NCBI GenBank assembly: GCA_051362555.1
Contig: CM120640.1
Coordinates: 48,152,788-48,216,787 of the forward strand
DNA: 64,000 bases
Direction: 5' to 3'
Origin: Lingula anatina
Taxonomy: Eukaryota > Animalia > Brachiopoda
Shown here: piece by piece, positions 39,220-52,209 of the stretch
Layout of the letters: each line of letters opens with the position of its first letter
Numbering within the stretch: the first letter of the stretch is position 1
The notes under the pieces: generated by a model
What the model was told of the DNA's origin: nothing
What the model saw: only the letters and a program-made list of their open reading frames with translations
Database searches by the model: none
Made by a program: the position numbers and the translations under genes

Positions 39220-40657
39220 TGGAACGTTTTTCGTGTTATATTCAGTTCCTATGTTTAACTTTCATGAGAACATGTAGTCTTTAAAAAGGAGAAATGATCC
39301 TTGCAAATTGTTGTCAGGGTTATGGGTTGTTCAACAGGCTTTGTAGAGAGCTGGTCATTAGATCATGCATTCTATCCAATACATCATGTCTTTCTCTACT
39401 GCATGTATATATGTTCGTAAAATATTAATTCTTAATGGGTTTCATAAGTGTGAAAGAGAAATGTATGGGGATATATGATCTCTATTTTTATACTTGTGCA
39501 TGTAATAACATATCAAATCAGTGTTGATGAAGAATTCTACTTTAAACTTAATTAATAGTTTAAAAATGAACAGTTGCTTTAAGCACTTTGAAGGTGGTAT
39601 AACATAAAAACAATGTGCAAAAAAAGAATTAGTTTTATTAGATTTGTAAATATTTATATTATAAGAAAAATGCAAAAACACTTAACTGAAAACTTCTTTC
39701 ATACACATAAATTTATGAAAACGTGCATATATTAAATGTATAACAGTAGTATGTAGGCATACTATTGTAACATTACAGTCTATAGGCACATCACAGCATT
39801 TCAAAAAATAAATATGTTAACAAGTCCATAATTAAACATTGCAAAACATAAACACATTGCTTACATGGATACAGGAAAGAGGCATGAAACAGCAAGGATA
39901 GATACTGTACTGACAGTATACAGACTTTACAGTGTTATCTATGCATAGCACAAAAAAGCATGTAGTTTTTTAAATTGGCATGAACATTACACAAGTTACA
40001 CCAAGGAGTTACAACACACACATGCAACTCCTTGGTTACACCAATATGACTCCACACTATAAACTGGGATATGGTCTGTACATTTCAAGAGTAACGGAGA
40101 AAACTATGTTAAGCAGTATTATTAAATAAATGTTTCTGATTTCAAAAAGGATGAAAAGGGATCACATTTGTTTCATTTCAAATAAGCCTTGTCTTCATTA
40201 TATATGGTCTTGTGCCACATGGATCAGATCAGATTTGTTCTTTGGGGTTTTGATTCTTGTAAAAACTATATTTGACATTGCTGTTGCTCATTCAGACATT
40301 GAAGACCTCAGTATATTTAAATTGCCACTGATATAGAAGTTCTGCACCTTCTTCCTTTGCAGCATAACCACAGTCACAGAACCGTATTGTCCACTTTTTG
40401 TCCTCAGTTTGCACAGCCTTTTGGTCAAACATTTCAATATATATGCTAAAGGGTGCCACGATGGATTTACTGAAAAATTAATACAAAAAGCAGTGGTAGT
40501 CGTAATATGAAAAATGTTCCACTTCAGTATATTTGAATGAAAAGAAAACAACTTTCCGACGGTCGGTGGCACATTTTCCATTCAATGTGTAAAGGCCTGT
40601 TATGTGCCCATTACATTCCCAATCTGCTCGCTATTGTTGACGAAGCAAATCCTTACC

Positions 40658-43601
40658 TCATACACAGCCCGGCGTGAACCCCGTGGTGGAATTTTCTCCA
40701 GGAGGACAGGGAACCTCGGTACCTGAGATAGAAAACTTCAGCTTAATTAAACGTATCTAAAGTATTTTAGCCTTTTTAATCTATATTTGTACCACCCAAT
40801 TGTACTGCGTTGAATAACGATTTCAAATCTCTTTTAAAATAGCTTTGCTACTTTGAACAATTTAAGAAACAATTACTCAATATCAAGTTTATAACAAAAA
40901 TCTAGCTGAAAACGTGTAGATCTCTATACCTTAAAGGCGGTAAAACTGCACAGTTCTTTTGACTCACCAACACAGTAAGCTTGCGAGCACCCATCCGTGC
41001 CTACTAAGTAATACACGTTAAATTTGTCAATGCAGTTCTTCACTTTTATGTCGTAACTTCTGTCACAGCATTGGTCTTTACTTGAGAATAAATTATAAAC
41101 ACAAGCTTTGGCATTTATTTCTTGGCTTCTGGTCGGAAGGGTACCTATAAAAATAGCAATTGGCTTTCTCATTTCATATGTCAGAGGATGTGTTTCTATG
41201 GCAATTAACGGATATTGTAAGTTGCTAAAAATTGCCAAAGTGGCAACCCAGCTAAATTTATCTGGAATCCAATAAAACCCTGAATCAAAGAAAAAACATT
41301 AAACAAATTTTATACGTTCTGAAATTTTTGCTTGGAAGAAAATTTTGCAGCATATAGCACGCTCATTATGTAAAGTGTCGATGCAGTATTAATTTGTTCT
41401 TCATTGTGCTCTTGAAATGTTTTATTCGTTTATGAATGTTGAATACAGTATTTTGTCTCCTTGATCTAAGCTAATTTGAATATAACAACATGCTGATAAA
41501 GTAATGTGACAAACTCAAGTATGATGTTCGAAATCAGCTTATGGGGATGTGCCCGGTGTCGTACTGAAATTAAAATGATTGAACAAGTACATTCAGAAAT
41601 GAATAGGTTTGAGGTCAGCACATCTTGCTGGACCGTCGTAGGATGGAGTATGAAATTTTTCGAGGGAAAAGGATCCGCACGTCTTGCTGGATCTTATGCT
41701 AGATTGGGGGGAATCCGCTTTTTCCACCAAATCGATATTCCCTGAAAAAAATAATTTCCCCTACTTATCACAAATGATTACACGCCACGTCCCCGCATTT
41801 TTATACCATTTTATTACCTCCGCCAAGGAGGTTATGTTTTCACCCCTGTTTGTTTGTTTGTTGGTTGGTTGGTTTGTCATCAACATAACTCAAAAAGTTA
41901 TGGATGAATTTCGATGGAATTTTCAAGGTAGGTCAGAAATGGGTTAAAGGGGTAATAACTCTTCGTATGAGATCTATATTTCACAATAAAAACCTTGTGA
42001 ATAACTCATAGAAATATAATATATTCTGTTTTACCACAAAAACAGCAGTTATAGCCATTATTCTGATATCTGAACTTGTCTTTAGACCACGTGACCTCCA
42101 TTGATGTCTATACTCTGTTAAAATCTCTTAAGAGATTTTAACAAAAAACCAAACTTTTTAGAAAAAAACCAGGGACTAACTTTGAATGTAAAAATGGATT
42201 CATTAACCATTGGTAAGCATGGAAAAATTGTTGCTTACTCCAGGAAAATTCATTTTTTGGCCGAAACGAAGAGTTATTATTGCTTTAACTTAGAAGTGAT
42301 TAATTTTTGGTGGTGATCCGGATCAATAATCAATCAATAATCAAAATAAAAAACTAAGATATGGACCGATTTTGATGAAATTTTCAGGAACTATCAGAAG
42401 TGGGCCAAGGAACCGATGATTAGTTTTTGGTGGTGATCCGTATCAGTAATCAATCAATAATCAATAATCAAAAAATTAAATCATTATAGAATGAAAATTT
42501 AGGGGTGAAACGGCATTGGGTGGAGACTTTGCTGCCTTGGCAGAGGTCTGCGCTTTCGGAGTGTTTTTCCAGTTAAAAAAAACGATTAGTAATGTTTCTC
42601 GTAATATTAATATCTTTATGTCTTCTTGTACATTTCAGAAAGAAACGTCAACATCAGACACTTTTATTTGACGAGTTTTATCGTCTTTTACGGTAGATCG
42701 GTCGCTACATGTTCTAACGTTCGAATTAAAAAAATGTTTAAAATGTTTAAATAGGCATAAAAATAGTACGTTACAAATTTGCAAAAAATTGCACCGACCA
42801 AATAGGAGAACTAGGTCCAAGTTCGTTACACCCTGCGTATCGCGCTAGTCCTCATTCAAATCGATGGGAAAATGAGTGTTCTGTCACTAAATCGTTATTT
42901 TTTATATTGTTCCAATTTTCAATTTTTTTTTAAATTTTGGTGTTAATAGGAAAATATAAGCTTTGCACGATATTTAGACATAAAATTTCACATTTTTAAA
43001 CGCGGATATTGTACCTGTGAGAAAAAAAGAGAAAAAGTAATGAATAAATGAAATGAAATGACTAAGGAGATGACCATAATTTACCATTCATCCAAATTGG
43101 CCATGTGGTTCCACAGTGGTTTGGCAGCACACAAGAAGTGGAAATGTCGTTGCCAGCCGGACTGTCAAATCTATACCAGCCATTATCTATGTACCGATCA
43201 CAAATTGCAGCCTCACCACTTGCCTTGGTGTAGTTGACACTTCTCCGCCATTCGTCTTTTCGCAAGACATGGTTGCTTGAATTACAGGGGTCATCTGAAA
43301 TATGAATTTGGCCATTTCTATATTATTCATTAATGTATTCAAAGCGCGCAATGTTAGGCTGCTTTAAAACCTTGAATACTTCTTCTTCCAAAGTATGTAT
43401 ATTCGGATATAAGCCGATCGCTAAGACCAAATACAGGCAAGCAAGTAAGTCGCTAGAACTTATAACTGTGAGAAATGAATAATAAGCAGATGGAGAACAC
43501 TCTGGCCTGTGCTCTGTTTGTTTCAAATATATTACCTGGACCAAATTCTGGCGTTAAACTATCGGTTGATATTTCTCCAGAATTAGAGGGAACATCAGTG
43601 G
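40658..43601 (-). CDS. D8C module A (uromodulin/GP2/VWDE-type), no TM, probably secreted; upstream connection uncertain (PAN exon or gene B)
   Basis: Phase-1 exons about 43601-43536, 43294-43085 (DPCNSSNH...WRRSVNYT...CDRYIDNGWYRF...CGTTWPIWMNG), 41144-40967 (ACVYNL...CC...VKNC...VYYL...CSQAYC) and 40722-40658 (TEVPCPPGENSTTGFTPGCV*). Confidence 0.75.
41811..42574 (+). mobile_element. Helentron-associated HINE/DINE-1-like element in a D8C intron
   Basis: 5' TTATTACCTCCGCCAAGGAGG, (GTTT/GGTT)n microsatellite, internal repeats, 3' subTIR CTTGGCAGAGG, short hairpin and T-rich end. Confidence 0.75.
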
Positions 43602-44275
43602 CTAAAATAAGAAAAATTATAAATAAGAAATATTTACAACATAGAAATAGGCTTGGAAATTGGCGCATATGTACTATATACCTGTATTGTTGAGGTCAGT
43701 GTGTGTGCGTGTGTGTGTCGAATGCATTATTATCTTTTCAAGAAAATATCCTCAACTGAATAAGCAAACAAGGCCGCCCAGAGTATGTAACCCCCCTTTA
43801 AAAATGCACTATCGAGATCAGTGTAACCTTTAAAACCTACAAACCTAAATTATATTAGACTAGGTTCTTTACCTATATATGTTCAGTTTATGACTTATTC
43901 CAAGGTATAAATATAACTAAAAGGGAAAATGGAAAGCAAAACATACATGCCCTAACATCAGCACTGCCACGCAGGACTTAAAAGAAAACGTGAAAACGAG
44001 CAGATCATTCATATTGTACTTATTTATTTCTTATTGTTCAATCTTTTTTAATTTAACGTAGAATATCGGTATGGTAAGTATATCCATCTCGATCTTTAAT
44101 GCTAATATTTTTATCTTTGAAAATCTTAAAAGGCATTGCATGCAAACACTGAAATGTGTGAAAAAGACAATATCTTTAACTACACGTGAAACAGATCAAT
44201 ATATAAACAGAATTTTTAAGGAATCTTTTGAGCTGATTAATTCATTATCCTTTGATTTTCTTATCTTCCAGATGA

Positions 44276-44620
44276 CTATGTACATACCTTTGTATAGTGC
44301 TGGCTGGCAGCATCATCAACCAGCAACCTCCTGTCGTAGGTGACGTCTTCAGCAGAATTCAGTTCACACACAGTATTGTCAGATCTTACGTTGAAAGACA
44401 CACACAGATCATTTCTCAGGCATTCCGCTGCACATTCTATTTTACTAATTCCGCCTGGCTGTAGCTTAGCTTTCAGTACGTGGTCTGGTAAATATTTTCC
44501 TGGTATGACGTGAAAAAGATTTGATTTTATAACAACGCATTTCGCCACTGTATAACACCAAGCGAATATAGTAATAAAAATGAGAAAGTATGTTAAACGT
44601 CTTGTGCGTGTTTTTGACAT
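44276..44620 (-). CDS. Signal peptide plus PAN/Apple domain exon (stand-alone 114-aa ORF or first exon of D8C gene A)
   Basis: Hydrophobic leader (LTYFLIFITIFAWCYTVA); PAN signature ECAAEC...CVSFN...CELN; donor AAG|gtatgt near 44287. Confidence 0.75.
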   Translation of the reverse strand: MSKTRTRRLTYFLIFITIFAWCYTVAKCVVIKSNLFHVIPGKYLPDHVLKAKLQPGGISKIECAAECLRNDLCVSFNVRSDNTVCELNSAEDVTYDRRLLVDDAASQHYTKVCT

Positions 44621-45824
44621 GATGGTACAAGTAAGACTGTATTTTTAAAAAATGGGAAACCTTTGAAAAGGACTCCGATAAATGCCTCGTGATTTTGACA
44701 TTGAAGTCAATTTTCCTAATATTTATTTTTCTATGACTACATCATTTATCACGGATTCTAATGTAAGTGACTCTGTGAGCTAACAGCCTTCCAAATCAAT
44801 ATCCTAGACTATCAAATACCTATTTTTGGAGAAAATGTATACCTACGACTAATTAAATGGTGTTATTGTCTACAGCGATATTGTTTGTTGCTTATTGTTA
44901 TATTCAGATAATCCATTCTTCCAATGAGCTGTCTCCATTCACATTGCTTGAAGATAACATTTAATCTGTATGAATGGCCATTTTCGGTAGCAAGCTTTTA
45001 CAATATAATCCCCAATGGCAAATTAAATATTTATTAAGTGCTTACTGCTAGTGCTTTTATTTCGCTATGTGGTAATTCTCTGATTGCTGTTTCGCTGATT
45101 ATTTACACCAGACAAGGAAGTGGTTCAACTCTCCTGTGGGCAAATGCTACATGTATTTCCTATAGTTAAGATGACCTTGTTGCAAGCAACAAAGATACGT
45201 GAAAAACTTTTAGCAGATGGAAGTACTTTTTAACACCAAAATTGAAGCTGATGGGCTGGGATTATCGCCCATAAGGTTTATGTTTTTATGTTAAAACGGA
45301 GAATTGTGGTTAATATAGGCAAGGATATTTATAAGCTTTTTTATAAGTCTTTATTTTGTGCATGTAAATATCAATTTGATAAATGACAGGTATAAACCAA
45401 TAGTTAAGTGTTTACATTGTACTATGAATATATCTTTAAAAAACAGCAAACCATGGCTGTAAAATAAGCAGGTACTGGGTACTATTTACAAAAAATAATA
45501 AAATCAAATAAAACAAAACATATGGAGAATCCCGTATATAATAGTAGTTCAGAACAACTTGCTCTTGCTTAAAAATGATTTGACACATTAAGAGATCTGC
45601 AGGGTACTGGGAATTAAACAGAGATATAAAATTAGCAGTATAAAATATTGTGAATTGCCAGACAGCCGAGTCAATTTGGGCAACTCCCATTTCTTATAAT
45701 CGTAATATATGGAGTTTCATGATAACTTATATGTCAACCATGTATCAAACTTTTGGTCAGTAAAAAACCAGTGAATAGCACTTTCCAACATCCAACAACA
45801 TTAGCTTTGTTTTTATTTGCATTC

Positions 45825-48800
45825 TTAGCACTTCTCAGAGCAACTTAGTTTAGTGTAGATATTTTCGTTAGGATTTTCTTTCTCGTAAGGTTCGTATATT
45901 TGGGTTTTTTTCTCAAGATGTCCATCATTGGCGTACTGGATATTGCAGGCCTGTACTCCCCCGTTGTATGCTACGTTTATAACATAATCATTCTCAGTGG
46001 AAATGGTCTCCGTCTGACGTCCGATTACAAAGCTGTCCGTTGTTTCTGCTTCCATACATATCGGTCTCACGCGTCTGAAATATGATAAGTGTGGCCTAAT
46101 AATCTTTGGGTTATGTCAAATAAGAGGAAAGATTAAGATTTAAAAGCCAGAATATTATTTTTAATATTAGAACCTGGCTCTCGAAAGAAGAAGAGTTTTG
46201 GCTACATTAATTCACACTAAAACTAAATTCTTAGTGAAAAGATTTTATATTTCTGATTTCTGGTGTGTATTTACTTTTCTTTCCTGCACATCATTACAAG
46301 GATCACAATGGTGGCAATCACAATCAGAGGGCAGACGACCACTGGTACAACAATATTCACAATTCTCTCAGAACTGTGTGGATCCACTGGATCTGGCGAC
46401 AAAGTGGTAGTAGACGGGGTCTCGATTTGTTTTTTGTCATGTTTTGCTTTCTGTGATACAGGTGCTGTTGTGGTTGTTATTGTTGTTGTTGTTGCTGATG
46501 TTGTTGTTGTTAATGATGATGATGATGGCATTGTCGACGTGTTTACATGCTGGGTCACAATGGTAGTTTGAGGTGGAGCTGTATGTGTTTCAGATGGCCC
46601 CGCGGAAGAACTGACTCCAGTGGTGCTGGTTGGCAGTGTGGGAGTTGCAGTTCTCATAGTTGTTGGCTCTGGTTCTGAAAGCAGGATAGAATTTTTTTAT
46701 TATTTTTGAGTGGATATCATAGACTTGGAATAAATAATATTAAAATAAAAGAGAAAGTTTATATGAAACCATAATGCTATTTTTATGAATTCGATTATCG
46801 ATTCCAAAGTAAAGTTGAAAACGTCGATGTGTTGATGCAAAACAGAGTGCATACGTCAGTTTGAGCCAATCTTTGAATAAGAATATTGAAAAAGGACCAT
46901 TCTACTGTAATTTGCCTGGAAGAAACTTCCCCTTTCACTTTATCTGGAAAGGTTGCACTGTTATCTTACTATACTTTCGAAAGGAAAACGTTTTTCCCCC
47001 ACTGGAAAATTCTTAATACAAGGCACTGAACAAAAGAATATTTTGCTACATCTTATGATTAGAATATTGCAAATGACCTATGAATGTAACGCAGATGTAA
47101 ATAGGTATTCCATACACTTTTGTAAACATTTTATTCTTCGTTTACTGATAGATCAAGGAAGAAGATTGACTTAGCATAACTACCTAAAAATCCATTAAGC
47201 TACTTATATCGACTGTTTTTTTTCTGGGCATTTTTTTTTTCTGGCTTTCAAATAGAGTTCGCTGTAATTCTTAAAAAGGCCTGAATAATGTCATTATTAT
47301 TTATGCCGAGTATGGAAACCAATCAGGGCGAGGTAACCAGTAGATTGTTGATTTACGTACGGGTGGGTGAAGAAACTGCACTGGAAATTGTAAAGCTAGG
47401 ACAATATGGAGAAAATGAAATTTTCATTTATTTACAACTTATCAACTTCCTTCACCTCGTGCAGACCGCTTTCCGGGTGTTTCTCTTTCTTTGTTGGTGA
47501 CACTTTTTGGACACTGGGGCATAACCCTAGGTTTGTAAATAATTAGCAAGTGAACTCCGGTTTTATTCGTTATTGAGAACCACCCTTGTGGATTAGAAAA
47601 ATTCTCGTCAGGACCATTCCGCGTGGGTACCCCCAACACCTTTCCCATCCTGGCTTTCTATTGTTGATATATTTCTCACCTGGACCACACCCCGGAGTGA
47701 AACCATTGTTAGAATATTCTCCTGGAGGACACTTTACCTCAGTACCTGGAATAGAAAATGTTGCACCGTTTACACAGTAATATGCGTTTGAACATTTTCC
47801 TGCTTTTCTTTTGTAAATCAAAATAGTTTTGTTTCAATAATCAGACTAATCTTGGTGTTACCAATATTTGCCAATTTCAAAGCAACTCCATTTTATAACC
47901 CCAAGCAATGAAAATTGCTTAAATATTTCTGCTTCATTTTTTTAGTTCAAAAGTAATCAATCTACTCGTTAATATTTTTATATATTCTGTTTCAAATCTC
48001 ACCAACGCAGTAAGCTTGGGAGCATCCGCTGGTGCCTACCAAGTAATACACGTTGAATTCGTCATTGCAATTCTTCACTTTTATGTCGTACGTTCTGTCA
48101 CAGCATCGGTCTTTACTTGAGAATAAATTATAAACACAAGCTTTGGCATTTATTTCTTGGTTACTGGTTGGAAGGGTACCTACAGAACAAAAATTATATT
48201 TTAAGACACATAAAGAAGTGGAGCACTAGGCTAGCGTTAAGCTTCCCCTGTCTGTTATAGAATTCATAATTATAGTATTTATTGCGTAAAATTCTTCAGT
48301 GATAAAAGAAATTTCTTTCAAAGACCAATTTAACTGAATGCAAGGGCTAACACAAAATAGAGACAACCAAAGAAAAAAGAAGATAAAAGCTGTCTAAATT
48401 TATCATACCATTCATCCAAATTGGCCATGTGGTTCCACATTGGTTTGGCAGCACACAAGAAGTGGGAATGTCGTTGCCAGCCGGACTGTCAAATCTATAC
48501 CAGCCGTCATCTATGTACCGATCACAAATTGCATCCTCACCACTTGCCTTGGTGTAGTTGACACTTCTCCTCCATTCGTCTTTTCGCAACACGTGATTGC
48601 TGGGATCACAGGGGTCAACTGTAGAAAATTACTCATATATAACAGCGTTTTTAATTCATATAAAAAAAAAAGGCCCCACAACACTAGTTTAGAAAAGTTT
48701 GTTGGTTCTTGCATAATCATTGCTTAAAACCCAACACTGACCAATTTACACATTTAATAAGAAAATGAACAAGTTTCGAAATATCGATAAGTAGGCCAGT

Positions 48801-50015
48801 AATGAAAATGAAGAGAAAATAAAATTAAAATAATGACTTTTATATCATTTTCTCAACCTATATTACATAGATTAGGCGCTCATATTGGGTTATGTCCCCC
48901 TGATCAGAATCTCATTTTGAAAGCAAAGATATAGTTTTTTGCCAAAATAACAAACAAGACTGAGCATTGATGTTTTCCTTTAAATAACCAGTACTTCAGA
49001 ACCTTTTCAACCATGACTAGTGGGATCGTTATTTCATTTTATAGTTATTTTACTTCCATTTCAGATAATCACCATTTCATCTTATTCCTTTATTTCTGTT
49101 TACGTATCACCATTCTCATATTGTTGTTATCATGATTTTATCATTATTATTATTTGTATACCACAACATAATGGTGACAATTAAAATCCGTACACTAAAG
49201 AGGTCATTCAGTGTACAGTGTTGTAACACGGGCGATTTCAAATCTTCACTCTCATTGGTTATTGAAAAACGGGACTCCCCCTTATGTGTTAACAAAACAT
49301 GTATTCCAGTCAATATAAATGACGTCGAGGAGGTTCTGTGTTTGAACTTTTATTTGGTTTGACGTCGAAGTTTTACGCTTAGCGACCGCTTTTGTATGAA
49401 TTATATGACTCATTTGTGCATTGTCCTTTATAACTTTGGTCGACCTTCCTCATCATCAAGTACCTCAATCAGACACTTTTCTTCCCTATCTTTTTCAAAA
49501 AATTGAGTACAGTCCTTTTAATTTATATCATTTTTAATTAATTCAGACACTCGTGTGAAGTGAACTTTAAGGGACGTTTATTTAAACCAATAAATGACCC
49601 ACCACTGAGAATAAAAGAAACAGTGGAGCACTAAACATATGCACGAGTGAAAGTGCCCGTGTAGTCTATCTAAAGGAAAATATAAATGACATGTACATAC
49701 AATCATTCTATGATACAATCAATATATGTGCCCTTTCTGTATGAGCATATGCAGCTCCGCAAATTATAGCAAGTCAGGAGTGGTAGGTATAAAGCTTTCT
49801 ACCTGGTATGTTCTAATATCTTTCTCTTCCTTTTTTACATAAATACATATCGCCTTTTTGGAGATTTGAGTCAACTGAAGAAAGTTCGCCACTCGCTCAG
49901 TGCTTAGCAAAATCTTATTGATGGTATTCCGGCATGGAGAGCAATACTTACGTTCGCCAGCAATCGATTTACTCCAAGCCACCAACATCACACACACGGC
50001 AAAGTGTCTGTTCAT
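45825..50015 (-). CDS. Type I membrane protein B: signal, D8C, CPPG exon, Thr-rich stalk, TM, Tyr-motif tail
   Basis: Phase-consistent exons 50015-49952, 48618-48409, about 48179-48002, 47745-47680, 46674-46275 and 46074-45825. TM IVNIVVPVVVCPLIVIATIVILVMMC followed by RKEK. Tail contains DYVI, YAND, IYEP and IYTKL. Confidence 0.85.
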
Positions 50016-51152
50016 CTTTTTTGACTTATATCTTCGCTGACGCCGTTATTTCTGAGCACTAACATGCTGCGATAAAATATACTTCTAGACAAGGAAGTTA
50101 AGGAAATTGGTTTAGAACCCAATATTCGATCGCGCATGCATTGTAAATACAGTTCATTGTTCATGTGCATTTAAGGAAAGCGCCTTTGTTCAGAACCCAT
50201 GACAAAATTTCCCACTGCAAAAATACACTTGTACATTGTAAACAACTAACAAAGATCCTACGCAAACATAAAAATAGGTATTTGGACAGGTGAATAAAAG
50301 CTGACGTGGTGGGCATTTCACTGGAAATTAAGCACAAAAATACTTCGTGGAAAATTATAATAAAAACTTCCTCCTCCCTCCTCCCCCTCCGCACACAATC
50401 TCTCTCTCTCCAAAGCAACAAAAATATTTCTGCCTAAATGAACAATAAATAAATAATATAAATGGTTTTGAACAATATCTTATTACTTCTTTTCAAGGTA
50501 GCGTTTAAAACATACAAAAATATCGGTGATTAATTGCAACTTGCAAATATGAACGAGCATGTACTGATGAAAAGGCACAATTTGACAGGTATATATACAA
50601 AATAACACTATACTACAATACAATAACATAAGACTACATAAAACCACATAGACGTGGTATGTAAAACATTTAGTTCGTGCACAATTAATTTTCCCATTAA
50701 TCAATACTGACTGGATACGGCACAATTCATTTGAGCGATAACTTCCTTTTCTCAAAGGTTTTCTGAATAAATGCGGCCATCGCACTGACAGAGACTTGCC
50801 TTAACTGTACATATCATGAGAATTATGGATTTTTCTTTGTTACTACGAACGTTTCATAGTGGGTTTGATTTCAAACAGTTCATCATAATGTGGGCACACT
50901 GCACTCATGTTCTACTACTTGGAGATCTCACTTTGTACACAGTCTGCTGGATCCCGTGCGCTTCAGTGTGTAATGTCGGTCAGTTTATATTTGAAAGTTA
51001 AGTGAATTTGCCAGTGTACCCATTTATTTAAACCATTTAAATCATCAAGTTAATTTTTTTCTTTCTTTCTTTCTTTTTTTTTTTACTAGTTTTGATTTGT
51101 CGCCTTATATATAAACATCACATGGGATACATACGATATGGGATATATACGA

Positions 51153-51387
51153 ACTAGAAAAGCACTCCGAGAGCGCAGACCTCCGCCAAGGCAGCGATTT
51201 TTTATTATTATTGATTATTGATTGATTATTGATCCGGATCACCACCAAAAACTAATCACTTCTAAGTTAACCCATTTCCCACCTACCCTGAAAGTTTCAT
51301 CAAAATTGGTCCATTACTTTTTGAGTTATGTTGATGAGAAACAAACAGACAGGGGTGAAAACATAACCACCTTGGTGGAGGTAATAA
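51153..51387 (-). mobile_element. HINE/DINE-1-like element (short copy, reverse orientation)
   Basis: AACTAGAAAAGCACTCCGAGAGCGCAGACCTCCGCCAAGG ... CTTGGTGGAGGTAATAA; same family as 41811. Confidence 0.75.
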
Positions 51388-52209
51388 AGATATAGAAACT
51401 GCCTCTACTAGTACACTAAGGGCTTATGTACTTATATATATATAACACATATGTGTACAACTTGCTAGTTCAATAGAGAGCCTAGTTCAAAATTACTTTT
51501 AATACTATATAGATATATAGGCCTATAAGTGTCTTCAAAAAGAAGCTGCCAGCGTGTCCATTTTTTTAAAAATTTTTCCGAGTCCATTTTTTGAGAGATA
51601 TTTTTTCTGCCAGAAACTTTTCTTTCAAGAACAAATATAAAAGAAAATTATATTTGTTGCTTCGCCTCTTTTCGATTTACAATATAGGTAGATTTTCATT
51701 ACATATTTAATGAAATTATATAAATTATTTAAAACCAAATATAACATTTTGCATGTCAAATGATACCTCGTTACTGGTCTTTTTTCAAAGATAATTGTTC
51801 GAACTTTTCCTTTCTTTTTTGTAAATTTCTTATTGAACTTAGTCTTGAATTGGCAATACAGTTAAAACTAAATTTAACAAGGAAGTCTAAAAAAAAAAGA
51901 AAAAAAAAACAGACACATTTGCAGTAAATGTAGACATCTTTAGAAGAAATTCAAGCGATCACTTGGTAAATAACAGATTTGAAAATGTCAATAATACTTA
52001 CATCGCATGAAAGTATCAATAACCTGAATTTTTAAGAATATAAAATATTCTATTTACATAAAGTAAGCCGGGTACGCTAATCATTTCAATTTCATCCTTA
52101 AAGAAAATGTGATACATATTGAGAAGAAAAACATTTTCACAAAAGTCATTTTGAGTGTTTAGAACCAAAATGTTACATTCACATCGTCAAAAATACCACT
52201 AAAAATGGA

